From contig JAPLME010000011.1 of assembly GCA_026387175.1 (NCBI GenBank), forward strand, positions 129,856-193,855: a stretch of 64,000 nucleotides of DNA. The letters are read 5' to 3'. Position 1 is the stretch's first letter. Every line of letters starts with the position of its first letter. Shown piece after piece: positions 17,134-27,163 of this stretch. The stretch comes from Candidatus Omnitrophota bacterium. GTDB taxonomy: Bacteria > Omnitrophota > Gorgyraeia > 2-01-FULL-45-10. The position numbers and the translations under genes are program-made. Under the pieces are notes generated by a model. It had not been told where the DNA came from and did no database searches. It worked only from the letters and a program-made list of their open reading frames with translations.

Positions 17134-18522
17134 ATGCCGCATGCCATACCGAAACGCGTTATAGAAGAGATACCTGACCCGTCGGAACCGCTCGATATAT
17201 TCAGATCGATAAGGCGCCGTCCATATAGCTTTTTCCTGGACAGCACGTGCGATCCCAAAAAACTCGGCCGCTTCTCATTCATCGGATGCGATCCGTTTCT
17301 GGTATTAAAATCTAAAGGCGATTATGTAATTTTAGAGCACGATGGCCGGACAGAAGAGCTGAAGGCAAATCCATTTCTGGTCCTGAAGAAGCTATTGAAA
17401 AAATATAAGGCCGTCAATTATTCGAAAGAGCTCCCGTTTATCGGGGGCGCCGTCGGATATTTCTCTTACGACCTGAAGAGCTTTATAGAGGATCTACCCG
17501 GCACAGCGAAAGACGATCTTAAGCTGCCCGACTGCATTCTCGGTTTTTACGATTCCATAATAATATATGATAATCTGAAGAAGCGTTGTTATGCCTCAAA
17601 TCTCGGCATATCAAAAAGGCCTTCAGTAAATTTAAAAGATATGGTATGCCCCCCCGCCGGTAGCGCAACATATCGAAACTTGAGATCCAATTTTTCAAAA
17701 CAGTCGTATATCGAGGCTGTCAGGAAGGCAAAAGAATATATCAGGAAGGGAGATATATATCAGGTCAATATTTCCCAGAGGTTTCAGGCAGAGCTCTTCG
17801 GAGATCCGTTCGATCTATATGTGAGGCTCAGGGCCTGCAGTCCGGCGCCGTTCGGGGCGTACTTAAATTTTGGTGATGTAAAGTTTCTTAGCTCATCACC
17901 TGAGAGGTTTTTATTAAAGCGGGGAGATTATATTGAGGCCCGTCCTATAAAGGGAACGAGGCCGCGCGGGCGATCCGCCGCAAGCGACAAAGCGCTGGAG
18001 ATAGAATTAAAGAATAGCCCTAAGGATATGGCCGAGCACATAATGATAGTGGACCTGGAGCGTAACGACCTGGGAAGAGTATGTAAATACGGTTCGGTTC
18101 ATCCTGCGGAATCCATGATAATCGAAAAGTATGCCAATGTCTTCCATATGGTATCTACGGTGGCGGGCACTCTCAAACAAAACATGGATGCCGTCGATTG
18201 TTTGGCTGCTACATTTCCGGGAGGCTCTATAACAGGCGCGCCGAAGATACGCTCGATGGAGATAATAGATGAGCTGGAAAGTGTGAGAAGGTTTGCCTAC
18301 ACCGGCGCTATCGGATATATAGGTTTCGACGGGAATATGGATACGTCGATAGTGATAAGGACCTTCATAGTAAAGGGTAAAGACGTCTATTTTCAGGTGG
18401 GCGGTGGCATCGTGGCCGATTCTGAGCCCGAGGAAGAATATGAAGAGACGCTTCATAAGGCTGCGGGGCTCATGCAGGCGCTTAATGCGGGATCGAAAAA
18501 TAGGGAGCCAGTCTTCGTATGA
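17134..18522 (+). CDS. pabB: Aminodeoxychorismate synthase component I (chorismate-binding enzyme, PabB/TrpE family).
   Basis: Chorismate-binding domain motifs are present (GDIYQVNISQRF, ERNDLGRVC, PGGSITGAPKIRSMEII). The adjacent class-IV aminotransferase (PabC-like) favours PabB over TrpE. Confidence 0.7.
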   Translation: MPHAIPKRVIEEIPDPSEPLDIFRSIRRRPYSFFLDSTCDPKKLGRFSFIGCDPFLVLKSKGDYVILEHDGRTEELKANPFLVLKKLLKKYKAVNYSKELPFIGGAVGYFSYDLKSFIEDLPGTAKDDLKLPDCILGFYDSIIIYDNLKKRCYASNLGISKRPSVNLKDMVCPPAGSATYRNLRSNFSKQSYIEAVRKAKEYIRKGDIYQVNISQRFQAELFGDPFDLYVRLRACSPAPFGAYLNFGDVKFLSSSPERFLLKRGDYIEARPIKGTRPRGRSAASDKALEIELKNSPKDMAEHIMIVDLERNDLGRVCKYGSVHPAESMIIEKYANVFHMVSTVAGTLKQNMDAVDCLAATFPGGSITGAPKIRSMEIIDELESVRRFAYTGAIGYIGFDGNMDTSIVIRTFIVKGKDVYFQVGGGIVADSEPEEEYEETLHKAAGLMQALNAGSKNREPVFV

Positions 18523-19367
18523 AAAAAGTCTGGATAAATAAAAAACTATTCGACATGGATAAAGCGCGAGTTTCGATATTCGACAGAGGCTTTATGTACG
18601 GCGACGGCGTATTCGAGTCGATGCGCAGTTACGCCGGCGTAGTCTCCAAGATAGATGAGCATCTCGGCAGGCTCGCGCGAAGCCTGAAGACAACAGGGAT
18701 AAAGTCTCCTTATTCGAATAGTTATCTGAAGAAAGAGATATACAGACTGCTCGGCGTCAATAATCTTAAGAACGCCTATATCCGCCTTACAATAACCAGG
18801 GGAGAAGGTAGATTCGGCGTAGAGCATAAGGATGTGTTTAAGCCAAGCGTGGTCATTATAGCGAAAGAATTCGACCGCTACCCGGATTGGATGTTCGAGA
18901 AAGGTATAAGCGCACACATTGTAAGCACGAGACAGAACGACCTTTCGCCGTTAGCCGGCGTAAAGAGCCTTAATTATCTGAACTATATCATGGCGCGATT
19001 CGAGGCAAAGAAGAGCGGATGCGAAGAAGCGATCATCCTTAATACGAAAGGCCGCATAGTAGAGGCCGTGACGAGCAATATCTTTATCGTTAAAAGGAAT
19101 GCCATCGTGACCCCGCTTATCACGGATGGAGCGCTGCCCGGCGTCACAAGGGCCGTTATAATAAAAATTGCAAAGAAACTGGGCTTTAGAGTTATAGAGA
19201 AGAGCCTCTCACCTAAAGAGTTAATGAATTCGGACGAAATATTCCTCACTAATTCACTTGCCGAGGTCCTGCCTGTCACGAAGATCGACCGTAAACCGAT
19301 CGGTGCGGGTATCCCCGGGCATGTGACAAATCTCCTGCGCATCTCCTATCAAAACCAGATAAAATAA
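18519..19367 (+). CDS. pabC: Class IV aminotransferase-fold protein, most likely aminodeoxychorismate lyase.
   Basis: IlvE/PabC fold and a 4-nt overlap with pabB. Confidence 0.6.
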   Translation: MKKVWINKKLFDMDKARVSIFDRGFMYGDGVFESMRSYAGVVSKIDEHLGRLARSLKTTGIKSPYSNSYLKKEIYRLLGVNNLKNAYIRLTITRGEGRFGVEHKDVFKPSVVIIAKEFDRYPDWMFEKGISAHIVSTRQNDLSPLAGVKSLNYLNYIMARFEAKKSGCEEAIILNTKGRIVEAVTSNIFIVKRNAIVTPLITDGALPGVTRAVIIKIAKKLGFRVIEKSLSPKELMNSDEIFLTNSLAEVLPVTKIDRKPIGAGIPGHVTNLLRISYQNQIK

Positions 19368-19380
19368 TAAAATAAGGACC

Positions 19381-19416
19381 GGGTCCTCTACCAATCGGAG
19401 AAGGACCCTTAAAAAT
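19381..19416 (+). terminator. Candidate intrinsic terminator (GGGTCCT-14 nt loop-AGGACCC followed by TTAAAAATT).
   Basis: The hairpin was read from the sequence. The U-tract is weak. Confidence 0.35.
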
Positions 19417-19445
19417 TAGGGTATAAAAAAGTAAGATAATTTGTT

Positions 19446-19473
19446 TTGACATAATCATCTTATAATATACAAT
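19446..19473 (+). promoter_or_regulatory. Candidate sigma70 promoter (TTGACA-16 nt-TACAAT) upstream of the 1518-aa gene.
   Basis: Read from the sequence in an AT-rich gap. Confidence 0.4.
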
Positions 19474-19537
19474 AATATTAATACATTTCTATTAAACTAA
19501 CTTAATCCAATATCAGGAGCATAAATACTGTAAAATT

Positions 19538-22500
19538 ATGACAAGATCTTCCATATCTATCAGATTAGTATCCATTGTTTTGGCCGCAACCTTTATTACA
19601 GGTCAGGTTTCTGCTGGTCAAATCTCGTCAAATTCTTCCAATAATACGCTTGCTGCCCCAGTTGTATCAGGTGATATAGATCCTGCAAGAAGCGCCGATG
19701 TCAAAAAAGCTGTTGCCGGAACAGCTAAGCCGGGAGCTATCGGAAACGGTATCCCGTTATTGAAATTAGCGGAAGGGGCATTACCGCCTAGAATAGTTTT
19801 TCCGGCACCGGATGGCATGGTGGAACGTACGGCTATTGAGAAAATAATATATAAAAGGATACAGCTGGCCATAGATAGATGCGTTGAAGATAAAGCCCAG
19901 GTCCGCGACATACATCGGAAAAGATTCGAAGGGGCTCTGGATAATTTAATCGATTTGCGGAATAGGCTTTCACAAAGACTCTATTTATATAACGCTGATA
20001 TTATGGGTCCCGAAGATTATTTGCTGGGATTTAATTTTCAGGAGTATTGTGGTTTATCGCTTGATTTTATGGAATGGGTTGAAGAAAAACATTTTCCAGA
20101 TGTAGGCCTCGCCGCGCGTTTAATCGCCCAATATATATTTCATGAATGCGTTCCCGAAAAAGGCATAATAACCGAAAGAGACGACCACAGGGCTGTATAT
20201 AATGAGATTCAGTCTGATATATTTGGGAAGGATGAGGTGTTTGCTCTAAAGAAAGATTTGCGGGAATTTATAAATGAGAAAGTCAGTGAAATGCCTGCAA
20301 TTGGAGCGGGTCAAGCATTAAACAAAATATCCGCGGGTCAAATAAGAATTGGCAGCGCAACCATCGGTATCCTTCAAGGCGATATCACGCAAGTGCCTGC
20401 TGAAGCGGTTGTTCCGGGAATTAATAATATCATGAATGTCGGGATAGGTGTTACCGGCGCAATTAGTAGAGTCATAGGGTATGAGAACGAAGGTGAAGTG
20501 TTCCCATCACCAGAAGCTGTGACAGGAAAGAGCGCCTTTAGAGTAGGGGATGTGTATGCGGCCCCTCTTGGAAATATACAGACTGCAGCCGGATGGAAAT
20601 ATGTTATCAGCGCTATAATCCATAGTGGCCGGCCATGGAGTTATCCGACCGAAGAAAGTATCAGAGCTTCGACTAAGAATGCCCTGATAGAAGCCAGTAA
20701 AAGAAAAGTTCAATCAATAACATTTCCTGCTCTTGGCGCGGGTGCGTTACGAATGGATTTTAATACATCGGCAAGATCGATGTACGCTGGAATCAGGGAA
20801 TTCCTGGCAGAGAACCCGGAAACAAGCTTAAGAGATATTAAGATAGTGCTTTCTGACGCTCCCGCTGTGGCGCCGTTCAGACAGGAACTGATGAAGCTTG
20901 CGGAATCCGCAAAGAATATATCGCCGGAGCAAGCTGAAATTAAATTAAAATCAGCTTCTCTAAAAAACAAGACAATCGAAATAGTAAAAGTGATGGCAAG
21001 AGATGGTAAGGCGGATGTAAGGCCAATTATTGAATTAGCGCGGCAAATATATCCAAATTTTGATTCCCACATATCTGAGAGCCAATGGCCATCTGTTACG
21101 CCGAAAATGTTTACTATTTTGAATTTAGCGCTAAAGTATCAGGTTTATCTGCCCAATAATGAAATATTCGAAATAGCGCGAATTTCTGAAATGCCTGACG
21201 TAGTCAGGGGGAGAATCAAGGGAGGGCTTTGGCGGGAGCAGGGTTATTTAAAGTCAAAATCAAAAATATGGATCGCTGAAAGTTCGCCGACCGAAGAGGG
21301 TTACTCATCTCTCGGATTAGAAGCAGGCTGGTTTGCCATTGTTAACGTCGATTGTTTCAGGGAGGCCGGTAAGGAATGGTACCGGCAGCATTTTAAGCAA
21401 TCGACACTTAGTTCAGGCGGAAGCTATACGAGCCCTTACGAGATGGTAATGATACCGCTCGTGCAAACGGCGCGAATCGAAGAAGATGACTTTGTCGAGG
21501 GTATTTATGTAGAACATGCGCGCCAGGAAGCGATCAGGCGCGCCCAGGACAAGGCATATGCGGCCCAAAGATTAGGGAGGGATAACAGATTCGATCTTGA
21601 TAAAGACGGACAGACAGTTTCGAAAATATTAAAACCGGATTCGCTGTTAAAAGAGAGAGCATTAAATCATTTAGACCAACAAGTTGCGGGCAGTAAGGCG
21701 GCCGCCGAATTAGATTGGCAAGTAAGCTTGCGAACCGTAATAGAATATTCGGCCATGCTCGGCGGGGCTATCGCGGAAATGAAGAAACATATAGCCGATG
21801 GGCAGGAAGAATTGGCATACCTTGCTTTTCTGAATTTTATGGAATATCAATTCTTATACGCGAACCCGAAGCAAATGCCGGGCGACAGTATTTTTAGATT
21901 AACCCGTCTTAAGGCTGCGCTTTTGTTTTTTCGGGATATCGATGAATGGTCGGGAAAAGAATTAAAACATGATTCGATGGATATTTTAAATGAGCTGGGG
22001 ACAAAGTATGGGAAAATGCCGGCTGCTGAGAAGTCCTTGATAATGCTTGAGGAAATTTACGCGAAACATTTTTGGACAGACGATGAACGATATGACCGTT
22101 TGTCTTCCGAACCTTTTGAATTACCGGGTCCTTTCCCAGTTAATTATTCCGAAACAACATCGACAGTGTCATATAACGATGTTAAAGAAAAAGGTGATTT
22201 CGAAATAGATTTTGACGCGATGGAAAGAAAGCTCTTCCCTGTTTTGTCGGAAGAACGTGCAGGAGAAATAGGTGCAATGTTACAACAGCGCTTGCTATTA
22301 AAGACAATGCTTTCGCATCTGCGAACAGAAGACGAAAAAATAGCCGGTGGACAGATGCAATCCAGCAAGATATTCGATATTTATAGAAAGCAATATAACT
22401 TAAGCAAGCGGGGGTATCTTGACGCACTTCGACTCTATAGCGACCTACTGGCCGGAAAGAGCGCAGCAAGTCATCAAGGCGTGGAAGATGAATCGAAGCA

Positions 22501-24094
22501 ACGTTTGGATGCTAGTAAAGCGGCTCTTGCTCAGGCAATTGCGAGGATCGTGTTATTCAATGGCGCCCTTTCCCGGCCCAGATACTGGTATGTGAAAAAA
22601 CAAAATGAAATAATTATTGAAAAAGATGAGGATTCCGTACTTTACGTCACAAATAACAGTAGTATATATTATATATTAAGAGCCGCGAATTTACAGAAGG
22701 GGGATGTTATTCTGGATGCTTTCAGTGGCTCTGGCGGTATCCTTAGCTTCCTGAGTTTGGAAATGGCGCCCAAAACCATTATCGCCGCGGACATAAAATA
22801 TGGAACGCCTGAAGAAGGGGAAAAAACCTACGCGATAAATAAAAACCTTGAAGGAGTAAAACATTTATTTGATTTTTTACCCCAAACATTAAGGCCTATT
22901 TTAAGAGATATTACTATTTTAAAACAGGATTCCGCCTATATGGCATTGCCGGATTCCTCTGTCGATAAAATTATCGCTGATCCCCCCTTCGGGCGTAATG
23001 AAAAAGATGACAAATATCCCGATGAGATAAGAGCTTTTTTGCTTTTTCTTCGAAATTTAAAAGAATTTCACAGAGTTTTAAAAAGTGGCGGTGCCGTATT
23101 CTGTCATATGCCTATGACATGGAAAGAGTCACTGGAAGATTTTGAAAAGATAGATTTGTCACGCGCATCACCAGAGAGTTTATACAGCCAATTTTACACC
23201 CGCCTCGAGAAATATTATAAGGCGAGAGGCTGTCAACTTCCCTCATATGAATATAAGTCCGAAGACTGGAATATGGTAAAAGATATTCTCCAAAAGATTA
23301 TTTTCGATAAAAAAATATTTGAATTGCAAGCTGTGGATATGGAGCAGGGCGCCTTAACAGTGATCAAGCTGTTAAAGCCGCAAAAAGTAAATCCAGCGGT
23401 ATTATCAGCCAAAGAAGGCATAGATGAGAAGCATATAGAAGCTGCCGATAGTTTTGTTCGAATTTCCGAAGATCTGCCTGTCCGCGCCAAAGAGTTTGAA
23501 TTTAATCTTACCAAAATATTAGCCGATCATCCCGATCAGCTCTTTTTCATAGGGATTGAAAACGACATAGGAGAATCACAAAAGGCGCAAATCATGCCGA
23601 TATATCATGCTATCGATGAGATTCGAGACATGAAAGATGCTAGCGAAAAACCCCTCTTTCCTAATCTTATGGTAAAAAGATCAAGCGCAAAAGATCTTAC
23701 GGCTATGGTAAACGATCTTAATAAAGAAGGAAAGCTAAAACTCAATAATGCGTTCATTTGTGCTAAAAAAGCCAGCGTAGAGAATAAATTATACTACCTT
23801 ATAGAAGGAGAAGGCAGGGCATGGATTTCGGCAATAGATGATTTATTAAGAGAAGGTGATTATCTGCCCGTATTCGAAGCTATAACCTTGAATATGATGG
23901 CATATCTTAATGCCGATTTAACTGCCATCAAGAATTTCTATGATGCGATATCAGGTGAGTCAAAAAGCCCAGGCGAATTGCAAGACATGATAAAGAATAG
24001 AATAATCTATATTCTGCCTAAAGCTACCAAACTTGATGCTGGACAGCTTAGGAAACTATACGAACTGGCTAAAAAGGCCTACACGTCAGCGTAA
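19538..24094 (+). CDS. Large secreted multidomain protein with an N-terminal signal peptide, a macro (ADP-ribose-binding) domain and a class-I SAM-dependent methyltransferase domain.
   Basis: Signal peptide 'MTRSSISIRLVSIVLAATFITGQVSA'. Macro signature 'GDITQVPAEAVV...GVTGAIS...ITFPALGAGA'. MTase motif I 'VILDAFSGSGG' and motif IV 'IADPPFG'. Confidence 0.6.
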   Translation: MTRSSISIRLVSIVLAATFITGQVSAGQISSNSSNNTLAAPVVSGDIDPARSADVKKAVAGTAKPGAIGNGIPLLKLAEGALPPRIVFPAPDGMVERTAIEKIIYKRIQLAIDRCVEDKAQVRDIHRKRFEGALDNLIDLRNRLSQRLYLYNADIMGPEDYLLGFNFQEYCGLSLDFMEWVEEKHFPDVGLAARLIAQYIFHECVPEKGIITERDDHRAVYNEIQSDIFGKDEVFALKKDLREFINEKVSEMPAIGAGQALNKISAGQIRIGSATIGILQGDITQVPAEAVVPGINNIMNVGIGVTGAISRVIGYENEGEVFPSPEAVTGKSAFRVGDVYAAPLGNIQTAAGWKYVISAIIHSGRPWSYPTEESIRASTKNALIEASKRKVQSITFPALGAGALRMDFNTSARSMYAGIREFLAENPETSLRDIKIVLSDAPAVAPFRQELMKLAESAKNISPEQAEIKLKSASLKNKTIEIVKVMARDGKADVRPIIELARQIYPNFDSHISESQWPSVTPKMFTILNLALKYQVYLPNNEIFEIARISEMPDVVRGRIKGGLWREQGYLKSKSKIWIAESSPTEEGYSSLGLEAGWFAIVNVDCFREAGKEWYRQHFKQSTLSSGGSYTSPYEMVMIPLVQTARIEEDDFVEGIYVEHARQEAIRRAQDKAYAAQRLGRDNRFDLDKDGQTVSKILKPDSLLKERALNHLDQQVAGSKAAAELDWQVSLRTVIEYSAMLGGAIAEMKKHIADGQEELAYLAFLNFMEYQFLYANPKQMPGDSIFRLTRLKAALLFFRDIDEWSGKELKHDSMDILNELGTKYGKMPAAEKSLIMLEEIYAKHFWTDDERYDRLSSEPFELPGPFPVNYSETTSTVSYNDVKEKGDFEIDFDAMERKLFPVLSEERAGEIGAMLQQRLLLKTMLSHLRTEDEKIAGGQMQSSKIFDIYRKQYNLSKRGYLDALRLYSDLLAGKSAASHQGVEDESKQRLDASKAALAQAIARIVLFNGALSRPRYWYVKKQNEIIIEKDEDSVLYVTNNSSIYYILRAANLQKGDVILDAFSGSGGILSFLSLEMAPKTIIAADIKYGTPEEGEKTYAINKNLEGVKHLFDFLPQTLRPILRDITILKQDSAYMALPDSSVDKIIADPPFGRNEKDDKYPDEIRAFLLFLRNLKEFHRVLKSGGAVFCHMPMTWKESLEDFEKIDLSRASPESLYSQFYTRLEKYYKARGCQLPSYEYKSEDWNMVKDILQKIIFDKKIFELQAVDMEQGALTVIKLLKPQKVNPAVLSAKEGIDEKHIEAADSFVRISEDLPVRAKEFEFNLTKILADHPDQLFFIGIENDIGESQKAQIMPIYHAIDEIRDMKDASEKPLFPNLMVKRSSAKDLTAMVNDLNKEGKLKLNNAFICAKKASVENKLYYLIEGEGRAWISAIDDLLREGDYLPVFEAITLNMMAYLNADLTAIKNFYDAISGESKSPGELQDMIKNRIIYILPKATKLDAGQLRKLYELAKKAYTSA

Positions 24095-24096
24095 TT

Positions 24097-24122
24097 AAAA
24101 AATAGGGACAGTCCCTATTTTT
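24097..24122. terminator. Bidirectional intrinsic terminator (A6-TAGGGA-CAG-TCCCTA-T5).
   Basis: Perfect palindrome flanked by A- and T-runs, 3 nt after the stop codon. Confidence 0.65.
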
Positions 24123-24156
24123 AACATAATATTGTAAACCACTAGTTATTAAGCGG

Positions 24157-24185
24157 TTGACAATAGCCCGCCCCTCTGTTATTAT
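24157..24185 (+). promoter_or_regulatory. Sigma70 promoter (TTGACA-17 nt-TATTAT) for the TonB-dependent receptor gene.
   Basis: Near-consensus boxes. The TTG of the -35 box is what the ORF track uses as a start codon. Confidence 0.5.
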
Positions 24186-24192
24186 GCTAATC

Positions 24193-26019
24193 ATGCTGCG
24201 AATAATCTGCCGCGTTCTTATAATATTCTTCATATCCGTTACAGCATGCGCCGCCGAGGAGACGCAGAAACTGGAAAAGATAGTCGTTACGCCTTCCCGC
24301 CTGGCTACCACTTTAAGCGAAAATTCGAGATCTCTAACGATACTGGACCAGGAGGCCCTTGAGAGTTCGGTTTATGATAACGCCATACCTGATCTAATCG
24401 GAGAGATTGGCGGCATCGATATCAGGCGCAGGGGGCCTGAGAATGTGCAAGCTGATGTTAATATCAGGGGAGCCACGTTCGAGCAGAATATCGTGTTGAT
24501 AGACGGCATAAATGTGAACGACCCGCAGACCGGCCATTTCAGCATGGATATTCCAATTACGATGATGGATGTGGATACGATAGAGATATTGAAGGGCCCC
24601 GCCTCCAGTCTATACGGCGCAAACGCGTTTGGCGGCGCCATAAACGTCATAACCAAAAAACCCACGGATGAAAAAAAAGTAACGGTGTACGCGGAGGGCG
24701 GTTCTAATGACTATTTCAACGGCGGTCTTTCGGTTACGACACCGGTGGGTCCTGTTAAGAACCGCTTTTCTTTTGAACAGAGCCGGTCCACGGGATATAT
24801 GCCGCAGACCCAGTTCGACATATTGTCTCTTACAAACAGCACGCTGGTCGAGACCGGCATAGGAGTGTATAATTTTCTCTTCGGTTATCTGAATAAGGAT
24901 TTCGGAGCCGACAGTTTCTATTCGAATCTCTTTCCTAATGAATACGAGCGCACCGATACCAGGTTCTTCAAGATCGAAGGTAAAACCGAGGCCGGGGCTT
25001 TAAGTATAGAGCCCAAGCTCTTCCTGCGAAGGCACGGGGATAAATTTGTGCTCGACCAGAACCGCACCGGATGGCAGACGAACTACAGCACCACTTATAG
25101 CTACGGCGGAGAATTGAACTTCTCGCTCGAAAACGCGTTCTCTGATGTATCATGGGGTTATGAATTATCGCGCGACACCATAGATTCGACAAACCTCGAG
25201 ACACATAGCCGCACCAAAGACGGATTCTATATGGAGATCGCCCCGCACCTCACAGAAAACCTGCATCTGAATGTCGGATTCAGGGAGGACTATTACGGTG
25301 ATTTTGGGTGGGAGGCCTCGCCGACCATAAGCGCGAATTATAAAATGCTTGAACACGTTACGCTGCGCGGCTCCATAGGCCGAGCGTACCGGATACCCAC
25401 ATTTACCGACCTATATTACAATGACGCGGCCAATAGAGGCAGATCGTCTCTATCCTCAGAGAGCTCCTGGTCGTATGAGACGGGCGCGGAATTTAATTAC
25501 GAGGCATATTCCATCGATGCCGCATATTTCCATAGAGACTCTTTTAACACTATAGACTGGATACGGTTTTCTACGAATGATCCATGGCAGGCAACCAACA
25601 TTGGCACCGCGAAAGCCAATGGCCTGGAGCTCTCTTTCTCTGTGCTTCCGGAGAAGATTTATGAAGGCATTCCGGTTAAAAAAGTGTATGTAACAAATAC
25701 TATGCTCGATATATTCGCGAAACATGATTATCTTTCCAAATACGCGCTCGATTACCTGAAAGAGCATCTCTCGGCCGGCGTGGAGCTGGAAGCATCGGGA
25801 TTTAAGAATTCCTGGATATTGAATTATAAGAAGAGGGTGGGTGTACCGGATTTTATCGTTGTGGACACGAAGATATCGAAAGAGATAGTTCGTAAAGGGA
25901 AAGTATCATTTAACGCCTATATAGAGGTTTCTAATTTATTCGGCGTGGACTATACCGAACAATCCGGTATTCCGATGCCGGGCAGATGGATCAAATCCGG
26001 AGTCTCTCTGGAATTTTGA
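24193..26019 (+). CDS. TonB-dependent outer-membrane receptor. The start is probably the ATG at 24193, giving a short leader.
   Basis: Signal peptide, plug domain 'IVVTPSRLATT...' and 'GANAFGGAINVITKKP', a beta-barrel, and a C-terminal '...GVSLEF' aromatic terminus. Confidence 0.75.
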   Translation: MLRIICRVLIIFFISVTACAAEETQKLEKIVVTPSRLATTLSENSRSLTILDQEALESSVYDNAIPDLIGEIGGIDIRRRGPENVQADVNIRGATFEQNIVLIDGINVNDPQTGHFSMDIPITMMDVDTIEILKGPASSLYGANAFGGAINVITKKPTDEKKVTVYAEGGSNDYFNGGLSVTTPVGPVKNRFSFEQSRSTGYMPQTQFDILSLTNSTLVETGIGVYNFLFGYLNKDFGADSFYSNLFPNEYERTDTRFFKIEGKTEAGALSIEPKLFLRRHGDKFVLDQNRTGWQTNYSTTYSYGGELNFSLENAFSDVSWGYELSRDTIDSTNLETHSRTKDGFYMEIAPHLTENLHLNVGFREDYYGDFGWEASPTISANYKMLEHVTLRGSIGRAYRIPTFTDLYYNDAANRGRSSLSSESSWSYETGAEFNYEAYSIDAAYFHRDSFNTIDWIRFSTNDPWQATNIGTAKANGLELSFSVLPEKIYEGIPVKKVYVTNTMLDIFAKHDYLSKYALDYLKEHLSAGVELEASGFKNSWILNYKKRVGVPDFIVVDTKISKEIVRKGKVSFNAYIEVSNLFGVDYTEQSGIPMPGRWIKSGVSLEF

Positions 26020-26026
26020 ATATTCG

Positions 26027-27163
26027 TTAACCCAGTAGCAGCAGGATGGCTTTGGCGGCGCGCATGCTTGCTCCGCCGGGGCCGAGGGACGACTTCACCG
26101 CGGCGAGCTCTTTACGTGTGCTGGCAAGTCCGGCAGGGTCGGATAGCGCCCCGATGACCTTGTCGGCGATATTTTCCGGCGTCACGCAGTATTGCAGGAG
26201 CTCCGGCGCCACCTCTTTTCCGGCTACTATATTGACGAGGCCGAGAAAATGGATATCGACTACGCTATAGTAGAAGAGAGACGTTATGAAGGCGGTTTTG
26301 TACACGACTATTAAGGGCGTCCCGAGCATTCCCGTCTCAAGCGTAGCTGTGCCTGAGGCTACGACGGCAAAGTCAGCGGCTCCCACGATATTATGCGTGT
26401 CGCCCTCGACGAATCTGTGATCGAACGATGTGCCTTTCAAGGCGGTCTCGTAGATCGAAAGGTCCAGGTGCGGATGTTTCGATATTATAAATTGCACATC
26501 GTCCATTTTGCCGCTCATGAGCCGAGCGGCCCTGGCTATTATCGGCAGCAGGATCTTTATCTCGAGTTCCCTTGAGCCCGGTAATAGGGCGATCGTCTTC
26601 TTATCCTTCGAAAGTGAATATTTTTTGTATACCTCGTCTTTGGATGCTGTGACCTTTACTACGTCCACGAGAGGGTGTCCTACGAATTTCGCGTCGATAC
26701 CGTATTGTTTATACAGATCTTCCTCGAACTTAAAGAAGACCAGCATCTTTTTGACATATTTTTTTATAGCGTAGACCCTCTTCCGGCCCCACGCCCAGAC
26801 CTGAGGACTTATGTAGTAAACCACCGGGATTCCTTTTTCAGCCAGCTCTTTTGCTAACCTGAGATTAAACCCTGGATAGTCGACGAGGATGGCGATGTCA
26901 GGCCGGTCACGGTTGCATCTGGCGATCAATACATCGTGCGCTTTCTTTACGACGAATATGTGTTTTAGCACCTCGATCACGCCGATGAGCGCGAGCTTGG
27001 TTATGTCGAATACTATGTCGACACCGGCCTTCTTCGAAAGCTCTCCTCCGATGCCATAAAATTGCAGTGTGGGATCGAGGGACTTAAGGTCTTTTACGAG
27101 ATTCGAGGCATGGAGGTCCCCGGAAGGTTCGCCGGCGACTATGAGGATCTTTTTATTGGCCAT
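26027..27163 (-). CDS. lpxB: Lipid-A-disaccharide synthase.
   Basis: 'MANKKILIVAGEPSGDLHASNL...' is a canonical LpxB N-terminus. The longer ORF that extends to 27661 is an Arg-rich artefact. Confidence 0.8.
   Translation of the reverse strand: MANKKILIVAGEPSGDLHASNLVKDLKSLDPTLQFYGIGGELSKKAGVDIVFDITKLALIGVIEVLKHIFVVKKAHDVLIARCNRDRPDIAILVDYPGFNLRLAKELAEKGIPVVYYISPQVWAWGRKRVYAIKKYVKKMLVFFKFEEDLYKQYGIDAKFVGHPLVDVVKVTASKDEVYKKYSLSKDKKTIALLPGSRELEIKILLPIIARAARLMSGKMDDVQFIISKHPHLDLSIYETALKGTSFDHRFVEGDTHNIVGAADFAVVASGTATLETGMLGTPLIVVYKTAFITSLFYYSVVDIHFLGLVNIVAGKEVAPELLQYCVTPENIADKVIGALSDPAGLASTRKELAAVKSSLGPGGASMRAAKAILLLLG

Noticed and set aside
19446-19537. An AGGAG motif 18 nt upstream of the 1518-aa gene's ATG, considered as its RBS.
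   Set aside because: The spacing is too long for a canonical Shine-Dalgarno interaction. The start codon is kept on ORF and signal-peptide evidence only, and the translation-initiation signal is unresolved.
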